Below, one piece after another: positions 26,276 through 38,154 of a stretch of 64,000 nucleotides of DNA; within the stretch, counting starts at the first letter, position 1; the number at the start of each line of letters is the position of its first letter. The translations under genes were made by a program, and so were the position numbers. Origin of the DNA: Chiloscyllium plagiosum. Lineage: Eukaryota. The notes beneath the pieces were generated by a model. That model had not been told where the DNA came from and did no database searches. It saw only the letters and a list, made by a program, of their open reading frames with translations. The stretch spans positions 73,655,399 to 73,719,398 of the forward strand of contig NC_057711.1 in NCBI RefSeq assembly GCF_004010195.1, in the 5' to 3' direction.

Positions 26276-27399
26276 ATAAGGTGTGCATATATATATTTGG
26301 ATTTGAACTAGTGATGTATGTTTTGGTCTTTGTGTATGAGGGAGTTTAATGGGATAATGGGGATTTATTTGCATTGGTAAAGCTTTACAAGTATTCAGAG
26401 TAAGCATGGAGAAGTGTTCGCTTGCTTTCTGCTTAGAAGAATCAGGAATTGGTTTGTCTTTGTTTATAAGGAAATCCCATTGCTTAGAAAATTCTGTTTA
26501 TCAATTCGCAGAATCCTGACTGAAATTAAATGCATGAAATAGTTTTTCCTAGAGAAAGGTGTAGTTTAGAACTGTGAGGAAATAGGTTACCATAATATAA
26601 AGATATTAGCTTGAAAATTCTGAACCAGAAGTGTTTGGTTAGAACTCTGAAAGGTTAATTAAAAGTTCAGAAAGTTTAAGCTCAATTGTGTGACTAATCA
26701 ACAAAGAAGTTACCAAACTCTCAGGGCTGAGAATTGAATGTAAAAGTTAAGTCAAATCTATTGATGTGATAGAGGAGTGAACTTTCTCAGGTATTTGAGT
26801 ACAGGAAAGCAATGGTGTTGCGATAAATGGGATTATATTTTTACAATGCTTTTCAAAACCTGACAAATTATGTTGTATGTAAACATGTTTTATCTTCTTT
26901 ATTTTTCTATTTCAGCTTGTTTTCTTTGACATAATAAACTTGTTTTATTATTAAAAACAAATCTGTAGCATTGCATTTCACTGAAAGACTACCTCAGTAA
27001 ATTAAGGAAAATATGATCTATCAAGCCAGATTTGGTCGTAATGACATCAGCTGAAAGCATAATAATATACATTCAGATTTAATGTGGCTGAGTATTGCAA
27101 TGAAAAAATAGTCACACAGGATTCCTTCTGTAAAAGAATTTAATTCCAAGTCTCCAGGTGCCAAGCATTTTATGAAGCTCAATGTCAAGAATGGATATTA
27201 ATCGATCAAGCTTTCTCCAGGGTCACAGGAATTGATAACTTTTCAGATCCTATTCAGGGGATGTGCGTTCCTCAGAGTACCATTTGACTTATCCATCAAA
27301 CTGGATATGTTCTAATAACATATGGATTGCATCACTGACGGCAGTCATTAGAAAAACTAAATATGAGTATGGCACAAAGCTCTGTCTCCTCATATCAGC

Positions 27400-28200
27400 A
27401 GTAAGGGAATGTGGTGTTCTGAATTCCACATTTCAATTTATCGCAATAAACTGTATTTCCCTTACCTCACAAGAATTATCTGCCTTAGAAATATCCCATG
27501 GCTCCACCATTCTCACTGCCTTCTGAAACAGAAGGGTTCAAAGTGGTAAAATTGTGTGAGAGAAAAATAAAACCCTCATCCCCTAGTTCTGGACCCACTG
27601 AAAAGAATTAATATTTTTCCACATCCACCTTGTCAAGACCTTTCGGGCTCTTGTAAACTCCACAATGTCCGTATTCTTCAAAACCCGAGCAGAAACTAGT
27701 CTATCCAATCTTTCCTTATAAGGCAACATTTGCATTCGAGGTTCCAATCCTGTAAAACTTCTCTGAATGATCTTGCATATATTTGCATTCTTCTTTACAT
27801 AAGGAGACCAAAACTGATGGGGGATTTCAAGACTAGAGGGCACATTTTTTTAAGTGAGAGTAGAGAGATTTTAAAAAGGCATGAAGGGCAACCTTTTTAC
27901 ACAGCAGGTGGCTTTCATGTGGAATGAACTTCCTGAGGAAGTGGTGGATGTGGGTACAAATAAAATGTTTTAAAGACCATTTGGATAAGTACATGACTGG
28001 AAGGATTTGGAGGAATATGGGCCAGGAGCAGGCAGGTGGGACTAGTTGAGTTTGGGATTATGTCTAGCATGGACAGGTGAGACCGAAGGGTCTGTTTCCA
28101 AGCTGTATGACTCTAAGACTCTATGTGGCATCACCAAAACACTGTGTAACTGAAGCAAAACATACTTATTTTTATGTTCAATTCCTCTAACAATAATAGT
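27400..28200 (-). mobile_element. Old antisense CR1 fragment with a younger sense CR1 3' end (about 27815-28125) inside
   Basis: HQFWSPYVKK...IQRSFTG on the minus strand; plus-strand KTRGHIF...gactctaagactctatg tail. Confidence 0.7.
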
Positions 28201-28889
28201 AGTTATCATCCAGCAAGTGTATCCTCCTTGTTATGTTCCCTCCACACTTATCACATTTTTCCCATGATGAAGCAATCACAGACAAGTTCTGTTTAACCTC
28301 AGTGGTAGGGAAATGATAGGTTGGGATATGGTTAATAGTAAAATGGACATATGTGGGTTAATTAAAGTTTGGTATTGAGTTCATTGATGACCATATTCGC
28401 TCCCAACCCAACTATGGGGAGTGGGGCACTCACCACACATGTCATTGCAGTGCTTGTGATTCCTGCAAAAACACTGCCATATAACAATTTGTAGAACACC
28501 AGAAATGTTCAGTCTCTAAATTGCACTGCTAAAGACATTGTGGCAACTAATCTACCTATTTTAGCATAGGAGTTACAAAATTTAGGTGCAGGAGTTGGGA
28601 TGAAAATTGTTCACACCGAAGCACGAGACCAAATCACCAAGGGAAGCAGAGAGCAGATTGGTGAGAGAGGCAGTGAGAGGAGTGGCAAAGGGGGTGGAGA
28701 ATAGAGATGACAAACAGGATGACAAGTGGAATGGAGAGTGGGACAGAAAAGGTGAAGCCACTTCTGCTTCTAACATCCAATTATAGTGTGGTGTAGGTGC
28801 AAGTGGTAACACTAACAACTTCAACTTACTGATCACGTGCAAAAGCAGGAGATACGCTGTTCCTAATGGAATGCTGGGATATAGCACCT

Positions 28890-29420
28890 TTCATAACCTT
28901 AGGACATCCTACAGCACTTTATGCTCAATGAAGTAGTTATGAAATGTATTCACTAGGAGAAAGTGAGGACTGCAGGTGCTGGAGATCTGATGAAGTGCTT
29001 TTGCCCAAAACGTCAACTCTCTTGCTCCTCGGATTCTGAACGACCGGCTGTGCTTTTCCAGCACCACACTCTTTGAGTGAAATGCATTCCCTATATTACA
29101 GACAAGCATAGATGCCAATTTATACATGGGAAGCCCCTCTAAAACCCTATGGAAATACAGCCACTTTAAAATGATATTGGTTGAGGAATAATATTGAGCA
29201 TGACATTTGGAAAACACAACTTCTTTTCAAATAAATTCATGGACACTTTTGCATCCATCTAAGGGAGCAAAAGGGGGCTTCTGTTTGATACCTTATGGAC
29301 AGATTGTTCTTCTGACAGTATATCCCATCCCTTGACCTATGAAGTATCATTTTGAATTCAGTTTTTTGGAATGGGACTTAAACCCACAACGTTTGAACAA
29401 AAGTGACAGTGCTATCACTG
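28890..29420 (-). mobile_element. DeuSINE-like (SacSINE1/AmnSINE1-related) relic, interrupted by a mini-PLE
   Basis: Similar to the 42.0-42.4 kb copy; tRNA-like head on the minus strand (cagccttggctcagtgatagcac...gtgggtttaagtccc). Confidence 0.55.
28956..29077 (+). mobile_element. Minimal PLE insertion (inverted tail plus hammerhead-bearing pLTR end)
   Basis: Flanked by tgaaatgtattcacta / tgaaatgcattcccta (14/16); tail ggagaaagtgaggactgcaggtgctggagat as at 36292. Confidence 0.75.
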
Positions 29421-29739
29421 AGCCAAGGCTGACATACACGGCTGCTTTTAAAAAAAATGTTTGATTTTTATTTGTTAATGCATTGACTTTTTTGGCAAGA
29501 TGAGAGTTGCTGGAGTCAGAAAAGCAATTCTACACTACTCTTTTGTATAAGTGGATTCACAGCATGCCTGCAGCCAGTGAAGAAAATGGTTGGCTTCAGC
29601 ATTCAGCAAGATTGGCAACATCTGTTTCTGTTTGCCACGAGTAGTTAGTTTACTGCAGCATAAAGAAGATAAATCACTTCCAGGCATTTTATCTGGCCTC
29701 TTTTATGCTTTAGGGTTGTATTGGCAGTTCACAGCAGTT

Positions 29740-30880
29740 CCTCCACACTGCCAAGAATCCTATCCTTAATTCTGTACTCAGCTTTCAAATTCGACCTTCC
29801 AAAATGCATCACCTCGCATTTATCCAGGTTGACTCCATCTGCCACCTCTCAGCCCATTTCTGCATCCTGTCAATGTCCCGCTGCAGCCTACAACAGCCCT
29901 CTATACTGTCNNNNNNNNNNNNNNNNNNNNNNNNNNNNNNNNNNNNNNNNNNNNNNNNNNNNNNNNNNNNNNNNNNNNNNNNNNNNNNNNNNNNNNNNNN
30001 NNNNNNNNNNNNNNNNNNNNNNNNNNNNNNNNNNNNNNNNNNNNNNNNNNNNNNNNNNNNNNNNNNNNNNNNNNNNNNNNNNNNNNNNNNNNNNNNNNNN
30101 NNNNNNNNNNNNNNNNNNNNNNNNNNNNNNNNNNNNNNNNNNNNNNNNNNNNNNNNNNNNNNNNNNNNNNNNNNNNNNNNNNNNNNNNNNNNNNNNNNNN
30201 NNNNNNNNNNNNNNNNNNNNNNNNNNNNNNNNNNNNNNNNNNNNNNNNNNNNNNNNNNNNNNNNNNNNNNNNNNNNNNNNNNNNNNNNNNNNNNNNNNNN
30301 NNNNNNNNNNNNNNNNNNNNNNNNNNNNNNNNNNNNNNNNNNNNNNNNNNNNNNNNNNNNNNNNNNNNNNNNNNNNNNNNNNNNNNNNNNNNNNNNNNNN
30401 NNNNNNNNNNNNNNNNNNNNNNNNNNNNNNNNNNNNNNNNNNNNNNNNNNNNNNNNNNNNNNNNNNNNNNNNNNNNNNNNNNNNNNNNNNNNNNNNNNNN
30501 NNNNNNNNNNNNNNNNNNNNNNNNNNNNNNNNNNNNNNNNNNNNNNNNNNNNNNNNNNNNNNNNNNNNNNNNNNNNNNNNNNNNNNNNNNNNNNNNNNNN
30601 NNNNNNNNNNNNNNNNNNNNNNNNNNNNNNNNNNNNNNNNNNNNNNNNNNNNNNNNNNNNNNNNNNNNNNNNNNNNNNNNNNGTAGAGCTGAGCTTGACC
30701 CTAGCTTCCTCCACCTTATGTAAGCTATCTTTTTCCTTTTGACGAGAAACTCCACTGCTCTCGTCATCCAAGGTTCCTTTATCTTACCACTTCTTGCCTG
30801 TCTCAGAGGGACATATTTATTTATCACTTGCAACAACTGTTCCTTAAACAGACTCCACATGTCTATAGTGAAGACACCAT
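29740..30880 (-). mobile_element. CR1 fragment spanning the large gap
   Basis: CCRLQRDIDRMQKWAERWQM left of the gap; WSLFKEQLLQVINKYVPLR...EPWMTR right of the gap. Confidence 0.8.
29911..30682. other. Assembly gap
   Basis: Run of N. Confidence 1.
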
Positions 30881-30969
30881 TCTGCAAATAATTTTATTCA
30901 ATATTTCGACCACCAGAAAAAAACACCATGTGGCCAGGGAACCAGTAAAAAGCAAAAGCCTTATAGGGG

Positions 30970-33900
30970 CATACTCCTGTTTATACCTGTAAGCTAAGGC
31001 TCCCTGATTGAACCAGGTTAACAGCCCCATTCAGGGAACTCATATTCTAGAGGTCCACCTGGCTGACCTCAATACAATCACTACAGCCCTCCCCCTCTAA
31101 TTCACGGACGTGGGCCTGTTCTTGTAGCTTCTTCTGGGTCAGATCCAGTTCCTCTCTCAGCCTCGGATACAGGCAGTGTGTATCAGACTAAAGCTCTCCT
31201 CTTACCCCGGAGCATCTCAGAAGAAACTCATCTCTTCTTCAGGTGGTAAAGCTGTCGATGCTGTGAGATCCATCTTAGTTTGTCTCCATCTTCAACTCCG
31301 AGGTTTCTTTAACACTAGGTGGATGGTTCTGACAGCCATTGTGGCTGTTCTGAGGGCTGGGTATGTTTTGCATCTGCCCCTTTTGTGAGTTTGTAGCTTT
31401 CATGTGGTTCACATGTTTGTTCAGATCTGCGTATGTCATGGGACCTGACCTCGCGCTGACCGTGCTGCAGTCCTCACTTTCTCCCGCACGCTGACCATGC
31501 CTCTTATCCACACCAGGCCATTCCCATGGTTCCTACATCAAACTTTGTCTCCTGAAGTAAACTGTTTCTCTTGCTCAGCGGAGTCTTGTGCCTGCATTGG
31601 CTTTCCTCATACCGTTTCACCCTTTTCTCCAGATCTGGGAAGATCAGATTTAACCTGGTGCTGTGACTGCTCCCCATTAGCAATTTTGCGGAGCTATCCC
31701 TGTTGTTGCTTGAGCTTTGTTATGATAATCAAATAGGAATCAGCTCAGTTTGGCATTGAGTGAAGTTGCCTGCTATTTCTTTAAGGCTGCCTTCAAAGTT
31801 TGGACTGCTCCTTCCACCAGACCATTAGATGATGGAGGGTATGGAGCTGAGCTTAAATGCCATTTGATTTTAGGAAATACTTGTATTCCCTGGTGTCTGT
31901 GGCCAACACCTCTGTGAGTCCTTGCAAAAGATACTCGCAGCTTTTCTATCGTTGCCCCTAACTTTGACAAATGAACTCTATGAACATCCAACTCCTTTGA
32001 GTGGGCATCACAATGACTAAGAACGTTCCGCCCAAGAAAGGACCTGCAGAGTCCATGTGAAACTGGGTCCAGGGTTTACCTAGCCATTCCCATGATTGTG
32101 GGGGGAGATGCTGGCCATAATCTTTGTCCTTGTTGGCACTCTGGGCATTGCCTCACCAATGAGGCTAAGTCTGCATCCAATCCTGGCCGCCAGACATAAC
32201 TTCTCGCCAATATCTTCATTTGGGAAACCCCTGGATGACTCTGGTGGAGTTCATCCAATATCTGGCGTCAACCTTTGCTCAGGACGATCATTCTTGCTGT
32301 CCATAATCAAATGCTGTCATGTACGGTGATCTGGTCTCGCTGGGTCCAGAAAGATTTCAATTCTGGTTGTAATAGACATTTTGCTTCCCCCATCACTGCC
32401 AGCTGTTTTAATATTGTCAGGACTATCAACTTGGGTGGCAAGTTTGAGGAATCTATGGACATGGACCGTAAGATCCCTCTGTTCCCTCACACCTTTTTGT
32501 GCCCACGGTCTGATATTGTCAGTGGAGACTGGAAATGTGTCCAGAAAGTTTAAAACCAGAATGGTCTCTTCCAATGGTGGCACCATCAGTGATGTATCTG
32601 CGAGTGAGAGATGGCTCAAGGCATCTGCATTTGCCACTTGGCCTCCTGGAAGGTATTCCAACTTGGTTTGCACTTAGAATTAGAGCGCACAGCTGAATTC
32701 AACCTGAAACTAAGGGTGGCAATGCCTTGTCCTCTTTGAACAGCCCTAGCAGGAATTTGTCGTCTGGTACTATTACAAATTTTTGTGCTAAAGGTATTGG
32801 TAGAACTTTCTCATATCAAAAGATTACTGACAAACCTACTGTCTCTATCTGGGCCTATTTTAACTATGCATCACCAAAGTCCAAGAGGCATAGGCTTTTA
32901 GGGGTTCCTCTGTGTTGGGACAACTATGAGCCAACACTACCTTAGAGTGATGTATGGGGATACATCGCATGTCAACACTAGATCGCTTGGGATCATAATG
33001 TGCCAACACTTTAGACAATGATAGCTGCTTCTTCATTGCTTAAAGGTCTATATCTAGGCTATGAGACCATTTCTAAGGCTGACCCTTTTTCAATAGCAGA
33101 TGTCAGGGTGCCAGGCTGGAGCCCAGGTTATGTATGAACTTTCTGTAATAATTCACAACTTGGATGAGGAAGTGGAATGGTGGGTTAGTAATTTTGCCAA
33201 TGACACAAAGGTTGGTGGAGTGATGGAAAGTGTGGAGGGCTGTTGTAGGTTGCAATGGGACATTGACAGGATGCAGAACTGGGCTAATAAGTGGCAGATG
33301 GAATTCAACCTAGAAAAGTGCGAACTGATTCATTTTGGAATTTGAATTTGAATGCAGAATACAGGATTAAAGGCAGGATTCTTAGCAGGTGAAGGAACAG
33401 AGGGATCTTGCTATCCATGTCTATAGATTCCTCAAAGTTGTCACCCAAGTTGATAGATTGATTAGCAGAGCGATTGAGTTTAAGAGTTGTGAGGTTATGC
33501 TGCAGTTCTATAGAGACATGGTTAGACCACACTTGGAATATTGTGTTCAGTTCTAGTCACCTCATTATAGGAAAGGTGTGGAAGCTTTAGAGAGAGTGCA
33601 GAGGATATTTACCAGGTTGTTGCCTGGACTGGAGGGCATGTCTTATGAAATAAGGATGATGGAGCGAGGGCTTTTCTCATTGGAGTGAAGAAGGATGAGA
33701 GGTGATTAGATAGCGATGTACAAGATGATAAGAGGCATTGATAGAGTGAATAGCCAGAGACTTTTTTCCCAGGGTGGAAATGGCAATCTCAAGCGGGAAT
33801 AATTTTAAGGTGATTTGAGGAAGGTTTAGGGGAGATGTTAGAGGTAGGTTCTTTAGACAGAGAGTGATGGGTGCATGGAATGCACTGCCAGTAGTAGTAG

Positions 33901-34894
33901 TAGAGTCAGATACATTACGGACATTTAAACAACTACTGGACAGGCACATGGATGATAGTAAAATGAAGGTTGTGTAGGTTTGATCTTAGAGTAGGATAAA
34001 AGATCGGCACAACATCAAGGGCTGAAGGGCCTGTACTGTGCTTTACTGGTATGGTGTCCACACCTATCAGCATACCCTATAAATCATGTGCTCCACTTTC
34101 CACATTTCCAGTGACAAAGCCAGTGTAGTACCTGTTTGAAGTCCAGTTGTGCTTCAGCTAGTAGGCACGTTTACATGGTTATATCATTAATTGAACATAC
34201 CAACGGTCACACAGCATCTCATTAAAGGTTAAACCAAAGTCATATTCCTCTGCCAGTTGTCTTAATCTCACCAAAAATCGTAACACGGATCCCCCTGGTT
34301 TTTGAACTGCTGAGTAAAATTGAAAGCATATGAGAATTAGAGGAGGCTTGGTGTTATAATATTCTGTAACTAAATCCATCAATTCTTGAAATGTTTTGGT
34401 ATATGGTGCTTCAGGAAATGTTAGGCACCTAATAACCAAAAGAGCTATAAGTCCACAAGCCGTCAGGAGAATTACACTTTGTTTTTCATCTCCTCTAATA
34501 TCATTCGCCTGGCAAAAAATAACACACTCTTTCCACATATTGAGCCCAGACTTTGATAATGGAATTGAACAGCATGATGGCAGAAATGTTTATCCAAACT
34601 CAAACACAAATGTTGCAAGCAAATTTCTTCAGGAGTATATTTTTCTCTCTCGTTGCCAGTGAAATAGCTCCACAGAGAGCGGTATCCCATCACCGAGTCC
34701 ACCTTTACTTACATGTGCATAGTACTTGACACTGGTCCAGCTTCCTCAGAGCCAGCTCTCAGTGTGAACACAATCTCTGACACTTCTGTTTATAACCGTC
34801 AGCCAGGGCTCCGTGATTAGACCAAAGCGATAGCCACAATCAGGGAACTCATATTCTATAAGGTCACCTGACTGACCTTGCTGCAATCTCTGCA
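30970..34894 (-). mobile_element. Degenerate Gypsy/Ty3 LTR retrotransposon
   Basis: 5' LTR 34894-34660 (TG...CA); PBS-like TGGCAACGAG 34658-34649; gag ORF 34538-34179; RNase H end NADALSHL; integrase HQSHPG...CPEC and APYPPSSNGLVEGAVQTLK; PPT agagggggagggc 31098-31086; partial 3' LTR 31085 to about 30970. Confidence 0.9.
33140..34050 (+). mobile_element. CR1 inserted in the Gypsy element
   Basis: SNFANDTKVGG...CCRLQWDIDRMQNWANKWQMEFN through a 3' end ggctgaagggcctgtactgtgc. Confidence 0.88.
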
Positions 34895-35181
34895 CAGTTT
34901 TATACAGATTTCTTTTGCATTGTTGTTTGTTACTCAACTTAACTGTATAAAATAATATTTTGTGGAGATAAATCTTATAGGTTTCTGGCTTGTAGAAATG
35001 AATGGTAATGTAATTCTGTCAGAAACATGCAATTTTCCATGCCAGTTTCCTTCTTATAGTCTCCACGGGTATTACTTAACCAGGCAGTAAAAATGAAAAC
35101 CTCCCCGAATAATTACCCTGAGTTTCATCCAGAATTTGAGTTGCTTCTAACTGGTACACCTTTTCTCCTGTTTTGTTGCAG

Positions 35182-35328
35182 CTCCTCATCAAGTTCATCA
35201 GATAGTGAGCATTCCTTGTCAGAGGGTGAACTTGCCAAGGTCTTGGAAGAGGTGGAAGAAAAGAAGAAGCTAATAGCAAATATAAGGACCAAAGCTTGGC
35301 GTATGAAAAGGAAACTTACTACATTAAA
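35182..35328 (+). CDS. TMC2: TMC2 exon 4 (SSSSSSSDSEHSLSEGELAKVLEEVEEKKKLIANIRTKAWRMKRKLTTLK)
   Basis: Acceptor ttgttgcag, donor AA|gtaact; 147 nt, phase 2-2. Confidence 0.95.
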
Positions 35329-35418
35329 GTAACTGATTTAATGTTTCTGCATAATCATGCAAATGATCATTCATTCAGCTGCTGTCTTATTAATTCAGTT
35401 TGAACTTACATTTATCAG

Positions 35419-35509
35419 GGAATCTCAGGCATTTGTAGAGAAATTTGAAGGTGCTCTTGGGAAGGGAAAAGGTAGAAAGTTTTATGCCTACAAAGTGATG
35501 ATGATGAAG
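35419..35509 (+). CDS. TMC2: TMC2 exon 5 (ESQAFVEKFEGALGKGKGRKFYAYKVMMMK)
   Basis: Acceptor tttatcag, donor AAG|gttagt; 91 nt; EGALGKGKG motif of TMC1/2. Confidence 0.96.
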
Positions 35510-36403
35510 GTTAGTATCTGATATTCCTTTTATTTTAATCAATATTTATATTTTATTATGTGCTCTGTGCCCATTAATACCAATCAGCAACATATCTGGC
35601 TTGTGCCTTCCACCAATGGGTTGTAAAGAGCGGTCATAGATGTTGTTGAATCTTATAACTGTAACAGTGTTTCCACCTTCTTCAAGGCTCCTTGCAGTTC
35701 CACACCTGGATTGAACTCCCCTCAACAATGCAAGAAGCTGCCAACCAGAATTGGATGACCTGGTGCCATTGGCTTAGCTTAGACAAGTGTTATCTCAGTT
35801 CATGAAGACTACAGAATAATCTGTCCCATCAACCGACGCCACAACCTTTCATAACTCAGAGCTCACTTCAAAGTACTTGTAAATTAGGAGCTAGATAGAA
35901 CAAGTCAAGTGGTTGTCTTAAATGGTAGACATTGTGGTAAGAAATTGCTAATATGATAAAATAAATTATTGTCAGCTTTTGGTAAATTTCCTTCCGACAA
36001 ATAAAAAAAAATGACCAAGTGGGCTTCAGAGGTCATTTTACACAGAAATCTGCAACTTAGCTTGGCTGATGGGCTGAGCCTTTTGTTTTATGTGATCTAA
36101 GTACAGAATGCACGTAATGACACAAATTCAAATTTTACCACAAAGTAGCACAGCACATTGGAACAACAAAAGTTTACTAATATGCTGTCGTTACTATTCT
36201 AACAACAAATGTTAAAACAACAAAGCAATTAATGGAATATATTGGATGCCTAATTAGTTCTGATTCCATAACAAGTTTAAGATAAATGTAAGGAGAAAGT
36301 GAGGTCTGCAGATGCTGGAGATCAAAGTTGAAACTTTATTGCTGGAACAGCACAGCAGGTCAGGCAGCATCCAGGGAACAGGAGATTCGATGTTTCGGGC
36401 ACA

Positions 36404-37610
36404 AACCTGACTGCCCCGGACGACCCATCGTCTCAGCCTGCTCCTGCCCAACCGAACTCATCTCGGCATACCTCGACACGGTCCTGTCCCCATTAGTCCA
36501 AGAACTCCCCACCTACGTTCGTGACACCACCCACGCCCTCCACCTCCGCCAGGATTTCCGCTTCCCCGGTCCCCAACGCCTCATCTTCACCATGGACATC
36601 CAGTCCCTGTACACCTCCATCCCCCATCACGAAGGACTCAAAGCACTCCGCTTCTTCCTTTCCCGCCGTACCACCCAGTACCCTTCCACCGACACCCTCC
36701 TCCGACTGACCGAACTGGTCCTCACCCTGAACAACTTTTCTTTCCAATCCTCCCACTTTCTCCAAACAAAAGGAGTAGCCATGGGCACCCGCATGGGCCC
36801 CAGCTATGCCTGCCTCTTCGTAGGGTATGTGGAACAATCCATCTCCCGCAACTACACTGGCCCCACCCCCCATCTTTTCCTCCGCTACATTGATGACTGT
36901 ATCGGCACTACCTCGTGCTCCCACGAGGAGGTTGAACAGTTCATCCACTACACTAACACCTTCCACCCAGACCTCAAATTCACCTGGACAGTCTCGGACT
37001 CCTCCCTCCCCTTCCTAGACCTTTCCGTTTCTACCTCAGGCGACCGAATCAACACGGACATCTACTACAAACCAACCGACTCCCACAGCTACCTGGACTA
37101 CACCTCCTCCCATCCTGCCCCCTGTAAAAACGCCATCCCATTCTCCCAATTCCTTCGTCTCCGCCGCATCTGCTCCCAGGAGGACCAGTTCAAAATACGT
37201 ACAACACAGATGGCCTCCTTCTTCAAGGACCGCAATTACCCCCCCCGACGTGGTCGACGGTGCCCTCCACCGCATCTCCTCCACTTCCCGCTCCCCCGCC
37301 CTTGAGCCCCGCCCCTCCAACAGCCATCAGGACAGAACCCCACTGGTCCTCACCTACCACCCCACCAATCTCCATGTACAGCGCATCATCCGCCGTCACT
37401 TCCGCCACCTCCAAACAGACCCCAGCACCAAGGATATATTTCCCTCCCCACCCCTATCAGCTTTCCGTAGAGACCACTACCTCCGCGACTCCCTTGTCAG
37501 ATCCACACACCCCACCGACCCAACCACCACTCCCGGCACCTTCCCTTGCAACCGCAGGAGGTGCAACACTTGCACCCACACCTCCCCCCTCACTTCTCTC
37601 CAAAGCCCCA
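36404..37610 (+). pseudogene. PLE reverse transcriptase, 5'-truncated, frameshifted, lacking GIY-YIG domain
   Basis: ORFs 36328-37305 and 37250-37873 overlap across a C8 run (37239-37246); homology ends at ...TSLQSP. Confidence 0.9.
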
Positions 37611-37812
37611 TCCCCCCCCCTTGTCTCAGCGAATCCCTCCAGCCCGGCACCGCCTTCCTGACCTGCAGTCTTCTTCTTGACCTCTCCGCCTCCATCCTAC
37701 TCCGACCTATCACCCTCACCTTGACCTCTTTCCACCTATCACATTTCCAACGCCCCTCCTCCAAGTCCCTCCTCCCTACCTTTTATCTTCTCCTGCTGAA
37801 CACTCTCTGCTC

Positions 37813-37848
37813 ATTCCTGAAGAAGGGCCTGTGCCCGAAACGTCGAAT
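37813..37848 (+). ncRNA. Minimal type I hammerhead ribozyme motif (intact core)
   Basis: ATTC-CTGAAGA-A-GGGC-ctgt-GCCC-GAAA-CGTC-GAAT: stems I and II pair, palindromic loopless stem III, GUC triplet. Confidence 0.8.
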
Positions 37849-38154
37849 CTCCTGTTCCCTGGATGCTGCCTGACCTGCTGTGCTGTTCCAGCAATAAACT
37901 TTCAACTAAGATAAATGTAAACATTATTTGTTTTTAGCTTATATGCAGTGTTATTTTACAAAACCCATAGTTCAATGAAGATAGGAGGAAGGCATAAAGG
38001 AACACTGTGGACAATGTTTTGAACCAAATAATTTTAATTAGTTTTTCATTCTGGGTTCCATCTGCGCAAGCATGCTTTACATTCTAAAGTGTATACATTT
38101 ATATTTCTTAGGACTATGGAAGGCCAACAATAATTTGCATTTTTTTAATTTTAG

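Larger units (their letters stand above)
36292..37906 (+). mobile_element. Young Penelope-like element (Neptune-like): inverted pLTR, RT, endonuclease deleted, pLTR
   Basis: 14-bp TSD taagataaatgtaa (36278-36291 and 37907-37920); 78-bp inverted repeat; RT motifs KPDCPGRPIV, QTKGVAMGTRMGPSYA, RYIDD; Cys linker CNRRRCNTC. Confidence 0.95.

Noticed and set aside
29721..30887. Long ORFs of more than 300 aa
   Set aside because: Artefacts of reading through the N gap.
36328..36403. N-terminus of the 325-aa ORF as a real protein start
   Set aside because: It is read-through from the inverted pLTR with a TTG start; RT homology begins only at 36404.
36493..37764. Minus-strand ORFs over the PLE
   Set aside because: Antisense shadows of a C-rich RT frame with no recognisable motifs.
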